A DNA stretch of 64,000 nucleotides. Source: a virus (Duplodnaviria; Caudoviricetes). The position numbers were made by a program, and so were the translations under genes. How positions within the stretch are numbered: the first letter of the stretch is position 1; each line of letters begins with the position of its first letter. Shown here in pieces: positions 17,680 through 27,426 of the stretch. The DNA is taken from the IMG/VR virus record IMGVR_UViG_3300033463_000023, positions 1 to 64,000 of that record; one strand, given 5' to 3'. Below the pieces are notes generated by a model. It worked only from the letters and a program-made list of their open reading frames with translations, ran no database searches and was not told the origin of the DNA.

Positions 17680-17711
17680 CAAAGGTACGAAGAATATCTG
17701 AAACGAACAAA
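17680..17711 (-). promoter_or_regulatory. Antisense Bacteroidota -33/-7 promoter
   Basis: Minus strand TTTG (17711-17708) - 20 nt - TACCTTTG (17687-17680). Confidence 0.7.
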
Positions 17712-17740
17712 TGTTTAACGAACTTTAAAACAATACGATT

Positions 17741-20700
17741 ATGGCAACGAAACTACAGAGACTGCGCGACAACATCGCGGCAATAGAGTGTGCCCTGAAG
17801 GGCGAGAACAACAAGGAGGCGCTGAGGAAGTACAGCGGCTTCGGAGGGATGAACTTCATCCTGAACCCCGTGCTCGACAAGAGCAGGTGGAGCAAGGGCG
17901 ACATGGCCTACTACGAGGACACGGCAAGGCTGGTGCATCTGCTGGCGGAGCACTCCCGCACCATGGAGGAGGCGTCGCGCTGGATGACGAGCCTGAAGCA
18001 GAGCGTGCTGACGGCGTTCTATACGCCGCGGGAGATTCCCGGGGCCATATTCAAGAGCATCTTCGGAAACAGGAAGGAGTACCATGCCAAGGGCTTCCTT
18101 CCCGGGACGATGCTCGACCCCGCTGCCGGCATGGGCGTGTTCGGCACGATGTGCAAGTATGTCGACACGGCCTACACGGGCAGCATCAGCGTGACCTACT
18201 TCGAGAAGGACATCCTGACGGCCACCATGCTGAAGGCCCTGCGCGGCGACGGGGGGAGCTTCGTCTATTGCGACGGCTTCGAGAACTTCCCAGGCGACGA
18301 GCTGGGCACCTACGACCTCGTGTCCACCAACGTCCCCTTCGGCGACATCGCCGTGTTCGACCCCGCCTATACGAACGGCGACAGCCAGGTGAGACGCGAC
18401 GCGGCGAAGATGATCCACCGCTACTTCGTGCTCAAGGGCCTGGATGCGCTGCGCGACGGCGGCCTGCTGGCGTACATCATCACCTCGAACTATATCAACA
18501 ACGACCAGGAGCAGCTGCAGGAGGCGCTGAAGCAGAGCCGCCTGATAGGGGCCTACCGCCTGCCGAACAACCTCTTCAAGGAGAACGGCACCGAGGTCGG
18601 CACCGACCTGCTGGTGCTGCAGAAGGACGTGAACAAGAAGGACCTCTCCGACGAGGAGTGCATGCTGCTGACGCCGATGGAGGTGGAGGGCTGCCCGAGC
18701 AGCCTGTACTTCCAGGTCTATCCGCTGCATGAGATCGCCACGAGCCGGACGGCCGGCACGGACGCCTACGGCAAGCCCGGACTGGTGTACTACCACGAGG
18801 ACGGCGTGAAGGGCGTCGCAGACAGCCTGGAGACGATGCTGAGAATCGGGATGGAGAAGTTCGATGTCGCCATCTGGGAGAAGGGGCGTACCAAGGATGA
18901 GAGGCCGGCCGCCAAGGCAAAGTCCGGGAAGAAGCCGACGAAGCAGGAGGCCGACCTGCAGGTGCTGCACGGATGCTATCTGATGCTGTACGAGAACGAG
19001 ATGAAGAGCCATACCGTTGACGAGGAGAACCGCCGTAACCTGAACGAGCTCTATCACGAGTATATCGGCATCTACGGCCATCTGAACGACAAGAAGACCC
19101 GTGATATCGCCAAGCGCCTGAATATGGTGGATGTGCTGGCGCTGGAGGTCAAGGGTGACGACGGGAAGTGGCAGAAGGCCGACATCTTCTATAAGCCCGT
19201 GGCCTTCTCCACCGAGGAGCGAACGGGACCTATGACGGCGCAGGAGGCGCTGGCAACGAGTCTGAACGACACCGGCATCGTGAACATCGGCCCGATGATC
19301 CAAATGACGGGACTGGACGAGAGCGAGCTTGTGGAGCAGCTGAGAGGAGAGATATTCTATAACCCTCTGGTGAAAGAAGAATCGACAGGCATTGCCCATC
19401 GTTGGGAAATCAAGGCGAAGTTTGTCTGCGGCAACGTGATAGAGAAACTGGCACAGATAGAGCCTATCTATGAAAAGGAGAAGGAAAAGGGTGAGAACCC
19501 ATGCCTGGTGGCCGACCTTCATACGTCCGTGGAAGCCCTGCGCGCCGCCATCCCGACGCCCATCCCCTTCGAGGACCTCGACTTCAACCTCGGCGAGCGG
19601 TGGGTGGACCCGCAGGTCTATGCCGACTTCGCCTCGGAGTTCTTCTCCATGCCCGAGGACCCCGAGTGCTCGTGGCGCGGCGGTGCCGCCAAGGTGACGG
19701 TGAAGCTCGCCGTCGACCAGTACGTCGCGGCGGTCAGCGGCCCGAGCAACGAGCGCATCCGCACGCAGTACAGCGTGACCTCCGAGACCGGCAACAGGCT
19801 CGACGGCATCGACCTGCTGCAGCACGCCCTCAACGACACCACGCCGAAGCTGATGCGCTACAAGCGCAACGAGCGCGGCGCCTACGTCATGACAAGCAGC
19901 GACGAGCTGGCCAAGGAGGAGGACCCCGAGGCCGTGCAGGCCGCCAAGACGAAGATCGACGAGATACGCCAGGGCTATGCCGACTGGCTGCAGCGCCGTC
20001 CGAAGGAGTTCCGCGACAAGCTGGCCGCCAAGTACAACCGCCTGTTCAACTGCACGGTGAAGCCCGTCTATGACGGCTCGCACCTCCGTCTCGACGACGT
20101 GGACTGGAAGGGCGTCAAGGAGAAGTTCGGCTTCGACCGTCCCTACAAGTCCCAGCTCGACGCCATCTGGATGATCATCTGCCTGGGCGGCGGCGTCTGC
20201 GACCACGAGGTGGGCAGCGGCAAGACGCTGATCATGTGCGCCGCGGCCCACATCATGAAGCGCCTCGGCATGGTGCACAAGCCCATGATCATCGGCATGA
20301 AGGCCAACGTCTCGGCCATCGCCGACCTCTACCGCACGATGTACCCGCAGGACAAGGTGCTCTTCGCCACGGAGAGTGACTATTCCGCATCGAACCGCGT
20401 GGACTTCTTCAACCGCATGAAGACCGGCGACTGGAACGCTATCATCATGTCCCACGACCAGTTCGGCAAGATCCCGCAGAGCGACGCCATCCAGCAGGAG
20501 CAGCTCTACGACGCCCTCCGCCAGTGCGACGACGCCCTGGAGGCCGTCTCCGCCGCCGACGGCTACGAGATATCCTCCAAGATGCGCCGCGGCGTGGAGA
20601 AGCGCAAGGCCAACCTGAACGCGAAGCTCCTGAACCTGCAGAACACCATCCGCAACCGCAAGGACAGGGTGACGGACTTCGAGCAGATGGGCATCGACTT

Positions 20701-23101
20701 CCTCCTGTGCGACGAGTACCAGGTGTTCAAGAACGACGCCATCGTCACCCGCCACGACCGCGTGGCCGGGCTGGGCTGCACCGAGGGAAGCCAGCGCGCC
20801 TTCAACTTCCGCATGGCCGTCTATACGATCCAGAAGCGCCGCGACCGCGACCTCGGCGCGGTGTTCTTCTCCGGCACCGTCGTGACGAACTCCCTGACGG
20901 AGCTCTACGTGCTGTTCCGCTACCTGCGTCCCCGTGCGCTGAAGCGCCTGGGCATCACCTGCTTCGACGCCTGGGCCGCGATCTTCACGAAGAAGTCGGC
21001 GGAGTACGAGTTCTCGGTGACGAACACCATCGTCCTGAAGGAGCGCTTCCGCTACTTCATCAAGGTGCCGGAGCTGGCGATGTTCTACAACGAGGTCACC
21101 GACTTCAAGACCGCCGAGGACGTCGGCATCGACCGCCCGAGAAAGCACCCGATGCTGCTGAACATCAAGCCCACCCCCGACCAGGAGGTGTACATCAAGA
21201 CCCTGATGAAGTTCGCCCAGACCGGCGACTTCTCGCTCATCGGCATCGACAACCCGACGGACGCCCAGCAGAAGGCGAAGATGCTCTATGCCACCGACCT
21301 GGCCCGCAAGATGTCGCTCGACATGCGTCTCATCGACCCGCAGTACGGCGACCACCCCAACTCCAAGGCCAGCCGCTGCGCGGAGATCGTCAAGCGCTAC
21401 TACGACGCCTACGACGAGATGAAGGGCACGCAGCTCATCTTCTCTGATTTGAGCACCTGGCAGGGCAAGAGCGTCTGGTCGGTCTACGGCGCCATCCGCG
21501 ACAAGCTCGTCGACGACTACGGCATCCCCGCCTCGGAGATACGCTTCATCCAGGAGGCGAAGTCCGACAGGGCCAAGCAGGAGATCATCCGCCTGACGAA
21601 CGATGGAAAGGTCCGCGTGCTGTTCGGCTCTACCACGATGCTCGGCACCGGCGTCAACGCCCAGAAGCGCGTCGTCGCCGTGCACCACCTCGACACGCCG
21701 TGGCGTCCAGCCGACCTCGAGCAGCGCGACGGCCGTGCCGTCCGCAAGGGAAACGAGGTGGCCTCGGAGTATGCCGGCAACCAGGTCGACGTGATCATCT
21801 ACGCCGTGGAGCGGAGCCTGGACTCCTACAAGTTCAACCTCCTTCACCTGAAGCAGGTCTTCATCAACCAGCTCAAGCGCGGCCAGCTGAACGTCCGTAC
21901 CCTCGACGAGGGGGCCATGGACGAGAAGACCGGCACGAGCTTCGCCGACTACGTGAGCATCCTCTCGGGCAACACCGACATCAAGGACCGCTTCGTGCTG
22001 CAGAAGCGCATCGCCGCCCTCGAGGGAGAGCGGAAGAACTTCTACCGCGACCGCCACGCACAGGAGGCGAAGCGCGACGGCCTGCTGCACGACAACGTGC
22101 GCCACGGGCAGAACATCGCCGAGGCAGGGAAGGACTGGCAGCGGTTCACCGAGAGCCGCCGCGTGGCGGACGGCGTGACGGTGAACGACCTCCAGCTCGA
22201 CAACTTCGCCACCGCCGAGCCGCAGGGCAGCGACGCATGGACGAGGGATATGGCCCGGGAGCTGTGGCGCATCGACAACGACACCGTGCTCACGCCGGGA
22301 GAGTACCGCACGATAGGCTCCGTATGCGGGTTCCCGATAGTGATGCGCACCGAGACGGCCGGCTACAGCCAGGCCGAGGGCGTGCAGCTCTACCAGAACC
22401 GCTTCATGGTGCAGGGATCGAGGATCCTGCACACCGTGAACAACGGCAAGCTGCCGCACAGCTCCTTCGCCGACACGGTGAGCTACTTCGTGGACTGCCT
22501 CGAGCTGATCCCGCAGCGCATCGCCGCCTGGGAGGAAGCCGTGAAGGCCAACCGCAGCGGCATCCGCCAGCTCGAGGAGATTATGAAGGCCGACTGGGGC
22601 AAGGACGGCATGCTCGCCGAGATGAAGCAGCAGCTGGCCCGTCTCGACGAGAAGATCGCCAGGACCGCCGGCAAGACCGAGGACGAGGTGAAGGCGCAGG
22701 CCGGGCAGGAGAAGCCCGCCGAGCTTCCCTATAAGTTCGAGCGCGACCGCGGCGACTACAGCGTGTCGTTCAAGCGCTCGCTGCTCTCGCTCGTCAGCAT
22801 CGGCGAGATGCGGACGATGGCCGACGACATCAGCTACCAGAGCCGCGTCCGCGACTGGAGCGGCTGCTACGGACGGCAGGACGTGAAGCCCGACCGCGAG
22901 ATAGAGGTGGTGTTCCACAACGCCAACTATCCCGACGCCTGGATCCTGAAGGCGATGGAGCTGCAGAGGCACCGCGAGAAGGACGCGTCGTGGCTCGCCG
23001 CCAAGGCCTCCGAGGACACCAGGGGCGGCACCGTCACCCAGGAGAACGAGACCGTCTTCGCCGCCCGCCTCTATCTCTCGGAGATCAGGAAGGCGGCGTG
23101 A
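17741..23101 (+). CDS. DarB-like N6-adenine methyltransferase + SF2/SNF2 helicase fusion
   Basis: MTase motifs LDPAAGMGVF and TNVPFG; helicase motifs HEVGSGKT, LCDEYQVFKN, SGTVVTNS, LGTGVN, QRDGRAVRKGN; 1786 aa. Confidence 0.88.
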   Translation: MATKLQRLRDNIAAIECALKGENNKEALRKYSGFGGMNFILNPVLDKSRWSKGDMAYYEDTARLVHLLAEHSRTMEEASRWMTSLKQSVLTAFYTPREIPGAIFKSIFGNRKEYHAKGFLPGTMLDPAAGMGVFGTMCKYVDTAYTGSISVTYFEKDILTATMLKALRGDGGSFVYCDGFENFPGDELGTYDLVSTNVPFGDIAVFDPAYTNGDSQVRRDAAKMIHRYFVLKGLDALRDGGLLAYIITSNYINNDQEQLQEALKQSRLIGAYRLPNNLFKENGTEVGTDLLVLQKDVNKKDLSDEECMLLTPMEVEGCPSSLYFQVYPLHEIATSRTAGTDAYGKPGLVYYHEDGVKGVADSLETMLRIGMEKFDVAIWEKGRTKDERPAAKAKSGKKPTKQEADLQVLHGCYLMLYENEMKSHTVDEENRRNLNELYHEYIGIYGHLNDKKTRDIAKRLNMVDVLALEVKGDDGKWQKADIFYKPVAFSTEERTGPMTAQEALATSLNDTGIVNIGPMIQMTGLDESELVEQLRGEIFYNPLVKEESTGIAHRWEIKAKFVCGNVIEKLAQIEPIYEKEKEKGENPCLVADLHTSVEALRAAIPTPIPFEDLDFNLGERWVDPQVYADFASEFFSMPEDPECSWRGGAAKVTVKLAVDQYVAAVSGPSNERIRTQYSVTSETGNRLDGIDLLQHALNDTTPKLMRYKRNERGAYVMTSSDELAKEEDPEAVQAAKTKIDEIRQGYADWLQRRPKEFRDKLAAKYNRLFNCTVKPVYDGSHLRLDDVDWKGVKEKFGFDRPYKSQLDAIWMIICLGGGVCDHEVGSGKTLIMCAAAHIMKRLGMVHKPMIIGMKANVSAIADLYRTMYPQDKVLFATESDYSASNRVDFFNRMKTGDWNAIIMSHDQFGKIPQSDAIQQEQLYDALRQCDDALEAVSAADGYEISSKMRRGVEKRKANLNAKLLNLQNTIRNRKDRVTDFEQMGIDFLLCDEYQVFKNDAIVTRHDRVAGLGCTEGSQRAFNFRMAVYTIQKRRDRDLGAVFFSGTVVTNSLTELYVLFRYLRPRALKRLGITCFDAWAAIFTKKSAEYEFSVTNTIVLKERFRYFIKVPELAMFYNEVTDFKTAEDVGIDRPRKHPMLLNIKPTPDQEVYIKTLMKFAQTGDFSLIGIDNPTDAQQKAKMLYATDLARKMSLDMRLIDPQYGDHPNSKASRCAEIVKRYYDAYDEMKGTQLIFSDLSTWQGKSVWSVYGAIRDKLVDDYGIPASEIRFIQEAKSDRAKQEIIRLTNDGKVRVLFGSTTMLGTGVNAQKRVVAVHHLDTPWRPADLEQRDGRAVRKGNEVASEYAGNQVDVIIYAVERSLDSYKFNLLHLKQVFINQLKRGQLNVRTLDEGAMDEKTGTSFADYVSILSGNTDIKDRFVLQKRIAALEGERKNFYRDRHAQEAKRDGLLHDNVRHGQNIAEAGKDWQRFTESRRVADGVTVNDLQLDNFATAEPQGSDAWTRDMARELWRIDNDTVLTPGEYRTIGSVCGFPIVMRTETAGYSQAEGVQLYQNRFMVQGSRILHTVNNGKLPHSSFADTVSYFVDCLELIPQRIAAWEEAVKANRSGIRQLEEIMKADWGKDGMLAEMKQQLARLDEKIARTAGKTEDEVKAQAGQEKPAELPYKFERDRGDYSVSFKRSLLSLVSIGEMRTMADDISYQSRVRDWSGCYGRQDVKPDREIEVVFHNANYPDAWILKAMELQRHREKDASWLAAKASEDTRGGTVTQENETVFAARLYLSEIRKAA

Positions 23102-23178
23102 GCACCAAGGGGCGGCGGCAGGCCGCCGTCCCGCTTCTTTGAGCCGATACGATTATTAACCCCATAAAATTTACGATT

Positions 23179-23790
23179 ATGATTACAACAGCAAACTACA
23201 TCCTCACCGCCCATGTCGGCGGCGAGAAGTACCGCTTCGAGTATGCCGAGGCAAGCATCATGTGGGAAGCCCTCGAGCAGTTCTGGCACGAGGACTATCC
23301 CGAAGTGCTGATAGACAAGGGCGGCGGGCTGTTCCCCATCGACGTGATCGCCATGGACGACGGCAAGGCCATCCGTAAGTACGAGTTCATGTTCAACGGC
23401 GTTGCCTTTGACCACTTCTTCGACAAAGGCTGGAGTGAATCGAGCACCGAACCTGGACAGCGTTATACCCTCGACCAGTTTGCCAAGGACATCGAGCGGA
23501 AGCCGGAGGACAAGCCGGACGTGAAGCAACTCACGGCCATGATGGACCGCTGGGCTGGCTTCTGCTACAACCACCCGCCATACGAAGAGGTGATACTCTG
23601 GATGGTGGGCGGCTCGAAGCAGCACTACCTCTACCAGCACTTCTGCTCGAAGTTCTCTCACCTATGCGATGTCTGCCACGACGACACGATGGGAGCATGG
23701 ATGAAGTTCTACCGGTATCTCGACAGCCAATGGGCCGAGCGACTGATGCAGTATGTGTATTGCGAATGGAAGAAAACAAGTAACGACTAA
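23179..23790 (+). CDS. Hypothetical protein
   Basis: 203-aa ORF, ACGATT-ATG start. Confidence 0.8.
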   Translation: MITTANYILTAHVGGEKYRFEYAEASIMWEALEQFWHEDYPEVLIDKGGGLFPIDVIAMDDGKAIRKYEFMFNGVAFDHFFDKGWSESSTEPGQRYTLDQFAKDIERKPEDKPDVKQLTAMMDRWAGFCYNHPPYEEVILWMVGGSKQHYLYQHFCSKFSHLCDVCHDDTMGAWMKFYRYLDSQWAERLMQYVYCEWKKTSND

Positions 23791-23804
23791 AACATGTAAC
23801 GACT

Positions 23805-23987
23805 ATGACGGAACAGGAAATCATCATGCTCGGCGTGGCGATAGACACCAACGTCAAGATGCTGCTCAACGAGGAGGAAGTCTACAAGCGGAACGGCAAC
23901 ACCGAGGCTGTCAAGGACTGCCTCGATGAAGTCAGGAGATTCAAGGAACTGAAAGAAAAACTGGAGAATTATGGCAAAGACAATTAA
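23805..23987 (+). CDS. Hypothetical protein
   Basis: 60 aa, ACGACT-ATG start. Confidence 0.7.
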   Translation: MTEQEIIMLGVAIDTNVKMLLNEEEVYKRNGNTEAVKDCLDEVRRFKELKEKLENYGKDN

Positions 23988-24165
23988 GATCCGGAACAAC
24001 AGGAAGAACTGCACGGAGTACCTGTACAGGCTCCGCCCGACGAGATTTATTGAAGACATCGTGTACTGCCTGAAGATGGACGAGGCAGAAGCGAAGCGTG
24101 CAAGCGACTGGCTGACGTTCATCGGCATCGCTCACGAGGTCATCGAAGTGGAAGGTAATCATTAA
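23971..24165 (+). CDS. Hypothetical protein
   Basis: 64 aa, overlaps the previous stop. Confidence 0.65.
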   Translation: MAKTIKIRNNRKNCTEYLYRLRPTRFIEDIVYCLKMDEAEAKRASDWLTFIGIAHEVIEVEGNH

Positions 24166-24177
24166 AGCAATACGACT

Positions 24178-24243
24178 ATGATTGAAAACTGGATTCTGGC
24201 TATCCTCTGGATCGCAGCCGCGCTGAAGTGCGGATGGAAGTGA
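24178..24243 (+). CDS. 21-aa hydrophobic peptide MIENWILAILWIAAALKCGWK
   Basis: ACGACT-ATG start; paralogue at 26905. Confidence 0.6.
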   Translation: MIENWILAILWIAAALKCGWK

Positions 24244-24287
24244 GCAACGGACGAACACGGAAGGACACGGACTTCCGAACCTCTCGC

Positions 24288-24326
24288 ACCTCACAGTAGG
24301 GACTCCCTATTGTGAGGTTTTCTTTT
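24288..24326 (+). terminator. Rho-independent terminator
   Basis: ACCTCACAGTAGGG/CCCTATTGTGAGGT followed by TTTCTTTT. Confidence 0.75.
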
Positions 24327-24361
24327 ACGACCACTAATTTTACAATCAAAACAACACGACT

Positions 24362-24985
24362 ATGGCAAAGAGATTCACATACGGAGGCTACACCTTCGTG
24401 GAAGCCGGTACGTTCCAGGACTACGGCATCAGGAAAGGCAAGAAAGAGTTTGTAAACATCACACGCGCACTGCACTATCCCAACAGCGGGAAAGTGGCCG
24501 ACGGCGACGAGCCGTTCGACTACGACGGCTTCTACAAGGCGGCAGACGGCAGCAAGGATGACATCTTCTTCTGCGAGGAGAACCTCGAGCGCTATGTACC
24601 CTGTGCAGCCGTGCTGGCTGTCTTCGACCAGACGTCACCCACAGAAGCGGTATGTGGGAGGTTCAGCCGCCGCCGTGCCAAGCGCGAGGAGCACGAGCGA
24701 TTAGAGAAGCGCAGGGCACTGAAGGACGCGATGTGTATGACCGACAAGCAGCGCGAGGCACTCGACGTCCTGCGTGAGGCCGCCGTCGCCTGTTGTGAGG
24801 CAGGACTGAACTTCGCCGTGGACGGTAATGAGATGTTTGCCTTCCGTGCCGACCTGCTGGCCGACATCACCGACAACATGGTTCCGATGAACGGGCAGGA
24901 GCAGATAACCGAAGGTATGTTCCTCGCCATTGAGAACGCATGGGATGCAAGCGAAGGACTCTATGCCAACGTGAAGGAACCCTAA
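24362..24985 (+). CDS. Hypothetical protein
   Basis: 207-aa ORF, ACGACT-ATG start. Confidence 0.8.
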   Translation: MAKRFTYGGYTFVEAGTFQDYGIRKGKKEFVNITRALHYPNSGKVADGDEPFDYDGFYKAADGSKDDIFFCEENLERYVPCAAVLAVFDQTSPTEAVCGRFSRRRAKREEHERLEKRRALKDAMCMTDKQREALDVLREAAVACCEAGLNFAVDGNEMFAFRADLLADITDNMVPMNGQEQITEGMFLAIENAWDASEGLYANVKEP

Positions 24986-25065
24986 ACAAGGAAAATTCAC
25001 ATTCAGAACCCTGATTTAGTGAGAATCCTACGAATACCGCAATTAAAAACAAACAAAATCGAATT

Positions 25066-25377
25066 ATGACAACAATTATCTGCAAATTCAAGTCTGAGGG
25101 AAAGGACGTCCGCAAGACGGCCATCCTCAATGACGCGCTCAACGAACTCAGCAAGTCGATGAAGAACGAGGCTTACGACATCTACATGGAGGACTACGGA
25201 GAAGGTTACTGGTCGGTGTTCTTCGAGGGAGAACCTGGAACCCAGTACGAAGTCCAGTTCAAGTTCGATATTGAGAACAGGCAAAAGACGCTGGAGCCCA
25301 TCAAGGCCGTTACATGGGGCGGCGATGATGCGGGTGTAGTCACGGACTCACAATTAGTAAGTGTCACAATAAGATAA
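25066..25377 (+). CDS. Hypothetical protein
   Basis: 103-aa ORF, A-rich leader. Confidence 0.75.
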   Translation: MTTIICKFKSEGKDVRKTAILNDALNELSKSMKNEAYDIYMEDYGEGYWSVFFEGEPGTQYEVQFKFDIENRQKTLEPIKAVTWGGDDAGVVTDSQLVSVTIR

Positions 25378-25395
25378 CACCTAAACAATACAACT

Positions 25396-25827
25396 ATGGC
25401 AATACAGTATAATGGAACGACCATCGGCAGGCTGACGCTCTGCCAGGCCAGGAGAGTGAAGAACGACGACGGCAAGTACGTCGAGGTGAAGGACGAGAAG
25501 GGGCGTACGGTCTATAACGAGTACCCCATACAGATACGCGACGGCAACTGCTTCGCGATCTTCCTGCACATCTGGAAGGACCCGGAGCCGGAGGATCCCG
25601 AGCGCCCGTGGCATCACGACCTGCAGATGTTCTTCGTGGACGAGGCACACATGAAACGCTGCCTGAAAGACTACAAGCAGGGCGAGGCATTCGAGAAGGT
25701 TATCTTCGGGAAGCTGAAGAACATCCGTCTCAACATCTACTACAAGAACATGCTGACGCTGGCCAGGTACATGACCCGCGACGGCCTGAAAGTGACATGC
25801 TACTACAAGGAACCGAAAAAGAAGTAA
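25396..25827 (+). CDS. Hypothetical protein
   Basis: 143-aa ORF. Confidence 0.8.
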   Translation: MAIQYNGTTIGRLTLCQARRVKNDDGKYVEVKDEKGRTVYNEYPIQIRDGNCFAIFLHIWKDPEPEDPERPWHHDLQMFFVDEAHMKRCLKDYKQGEAFEKVIFGKLKNIRLNIYYKNMLTLARYMTRDGLKVTCYYKEPKKK

Positions 25828-25832
25828 CGACA

Positions 25833-26267
25833 ATGACAAAGCAGGAATTTATCCAGGAGGCGGCGCTGCGGATACTCGGCTCGCACTTCGCCTGCACAAT
25901 GAGGGAGGTCGCCGAGAACGCCCGCCGTCTCGCAGACGAGATCTACGGGGAGCAGGCCGCGCCTTCCGGTACGGCCGGGACCGCCCCGGACCTGAGCGGG
26001 GAGCCCATAGAGCTCCTGCTGGAGGAGGTGGACAAGGTCGAGCAAGACCGCGTGGAGGACAAGATCCGGCGCCACGGGTGCCGATTCCAGAAGGGCGGCA
26101 TCCACGTGCGGGTCGTGAAGGTGTTCAGCGCCTTCGACATCCGCACCGTCGGCGAGCTGCTGAAGCGGAGCAGGGGATGGTTCGCCAGGCAGCTGACCAT
26201 CGGCCCGTTATGCGTGGAAACCGTCGACCGGGCGCTCGACAACCTGTACGGAATCAAAGAGTGGTAG
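25833..26267 (+). CDS. Protein with RNA polymerase alpha-CTD-like C-terminal domain
   Basis: IHVRVVKVFSAFDIRTVGELL...IGPLCVETV matches the alpha-CTD pattern (LSVR...I.TVGEL...G......I). Confidence 0.6.
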   Translation: MTKQEFIQEAALRILGSHFACTMREVAENARRLADEIYGEQAAPSGTAGTAPDLSGEPIELLLEEVDKVEQDRVEDKIRRHGCRFQKGGIHVRVVKVFSAFDIRTVGELLKRSRGWFARQLTIGPLCVETVDRALDNLYGIKEW

Positions 26268-26437
26268 GCTATGGACGGCATCTATGAACTGACCCTTCTG
26301 GCGGCGGACGGACGGGAGCGGCGCGTGCTCGCCTGGCTCCCCACCGACGCCTGCCGGAAGGACTTCCTCGACAAGGCCCGCCGCCGCGGGCTGGAGATTA
26401 TCGAAAGCAACAATTAATTAAACGGGTTTTGCGAATT

Positions 26438-26731
26438 ATGAAGATGAAACACGACAACACCGGGCCGCTGACCACCGGGCGGCTCATCGAGGCGGTGATG
26501 CGCTACCGCGGCATGGACTACAAGGGTCTCGGGGCGGCCATCGGCTGGCACCCGATGAACGTGTGCAAGCTGCTCAACGGCAGGAAGGACGTGACGCCCG
26601 CCATCGCCATCAGGATTGCGGACGCCCTGCGGATGTCGCCGCCGGTGATCATGCAGAGCATCAGCGTGGAGATTCTCGGCAAGCGCGACAGGAAGCAGCC
26701 ATTACAGGACCCTAAAGCAACGGACCTATGA
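26438..26731 (+). CDS. XRE/HigA-like HTH protein
   Basis: LGAAIGWHPMNVCKLLNGRKDVTPAIAIRIA. Confidence 0.75.
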   Translation: MKMKHDNTGPLTTGRLIEAVMRYRGMDYKGLGAAIGWHPMNVCKLLNGRKDVTPAIAIRIADALRMSPPVIMQSISVEILGKRDRKQPLQDPKATDL

Positions 26732-26904
26732 ACTACCCTGACTATGTAGACCTCGAGATGCGCGAGATCCTCGACGCGCTCGGCACGGCCATCGTGCCGC
26801 AATCGAGACGAAAGGCGCGCTTCCGCACCGACTGGCGCGCGCCTTACTATTCCCGCTCCAGATACAGGAGGATATGATTTCAAACAATATAAACCCAAAC
26901 GGCT

Positions 26905-26964
26905 ATGGAGTATATCGCAACGATCATGTTCCTGCTTGCGCTCATGAAGTGCGGCTGGAAGTAA
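26905..26964 (+). CDS. 19-aa hydrophobic peptide MEYIATIMFLLALMKCGWK
   Basis: Hand translation; paralogue of 24178. Confidence 0.55.
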   Translation: MEYIATIMFLLALMKCGWK

Positions 26965-26994
26965 ACCACAGATTAACAGATTTAACAGATTATG

Positions 26995-27026
26995 CTTGCA
27001 GGGTACGGAAATAATTCGTATCTTTG
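26995..27026 (+). promoter_or_regulatory. Bacteroidota -33/-7 promoter
   Basis: CTTG - 20 nt - TATCTTTG (27019). Confidence 0.65.
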
Positions 27027-27065
27027 CAGGCAGTTACAACGAATTAAAATTTTGGAGGACTGACT

Positions 27066-27326
27066 ATGAGAATTGAAAACGGATTTGAAGACCTGCTTGG
27101 CAGCATAGCTGCAATGGGGGCAGGGGCCTACCTCGTAGAGACCGAGGAACAGGCACAAGAACTTCTGGAATCTATCGAGGGCGCGACAATAGAGCGCGAA
27201 CTTGAGGACGATGAATTCGAGACGGCAAAGCACATCCTCGACCTCGACGGTCATGACGTGGAGCGCATCTGGAGTTTTGTAAACGGCAGCGAGTTCCTCG
27301 TCTGCTTCTCAGACGATTGGTATTAG
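27066..27326 (+). CDS. Small acidic protein with its own promoter and terminator
   Basis: 86 aa, Glu/Asp-rich. Confidence 0.75.
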   Translation: MRIENGFEDLLGSIAAMGAGAYLVETEEQAQELLESIEGATIERELEDDEFETAKHILDLDGHDVERIWSFVNGSEFLVCFSDDWY

Positions 27327-27368
27327 GCGGGAGGATAAGCCCGCACACATATAATATATATACGCGCG

Positions 27369-27412
27369 AGGGAAGGCCCTGCACCGTCTGTGGTGCGGGG
27401 CCTCCCTTTTTT
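27369..27412 (+). terminator. Terminator between convergent genes
   Basis: GGGAAGGCCCTGCACC/GGTGCGGGGCCTCCC followed by TTTTTT. Confidence 0.75.
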
Positions 27413-27426
27413 GTCGCGCGCGCCCG

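Noticed and set aside
17753-22972. Very long antisense and alternate-frame ORFs (also 13758-16328, 29079-32642, 50373-53540, 56553-59240)
   Set aside because: Shadow ORFs caused by high third-position GC of the real gene.
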